The notes under the pieces were generated by a model. That model was not told the DNA's origin, did no database searches, and saw only the letters and a program-made list of their open reading frames with translations. This document shows, piece by piece, positions 15,070 through 15,117 of a stretch of 15,117 nucleotides of DNA. The translations under genes and the position numbers were made by a program. Source of the DNA: a virus; the UHGV virus genome UHGV-1727645; one strand, written 5' to 3'. Numbering within the stretch: the first letter of the stretch is position 1; every line of letters starts with the position of its first letter.

Positions 15070-15117
15070 CAAAACAGTTTTATCAGGGTGTCTGTGCTGC
15101 TGGTTTACTTCGTTTAT

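Overview
15.1-kb segment that reads like an enterobacterial mosaic accessory region (inferred from gene families and codon usage; no database search was possible). (i) 1-4826: the 3' part of a structural-looking module: a Gln/Ala-rich protein running off the 5' edge, translationally coupled to a 908-aa protein with an N-terminal lytic transglycosylase (SLT) domain, then a lipoprotein. (ii) 4830-8190: a repeat-rich mosaic of P4/CP4-57-like integrative-element parts: an AlpA-family regulator (minus strand), two paralogous ~62-aa proteins, a PerC-family regulator, a pRiA4b ORF3-family protein, an iteron-like array and a 3-copy repeat with a palindromic alternating-CG core. (iii) 8180-11390: cargo genes I cannot assign, partly AT-rich, including a ~543-codon reading frame broken by one in-frame TAA; this is my best candidate for an undescribed function. 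(iv) 11400-15117: a second AlpA-like gene, then a truncated duplicate and a frameshifted full copy of a YfjI/DUF3987-like gene (tentative name), then ~800 bp of repeat-rich AT-rich non-coding DNA. I found no integrase, tRNA, rRNA, CRISPR array or transposase in the window. All product names come from motifs I recognise in the translated ORFs.
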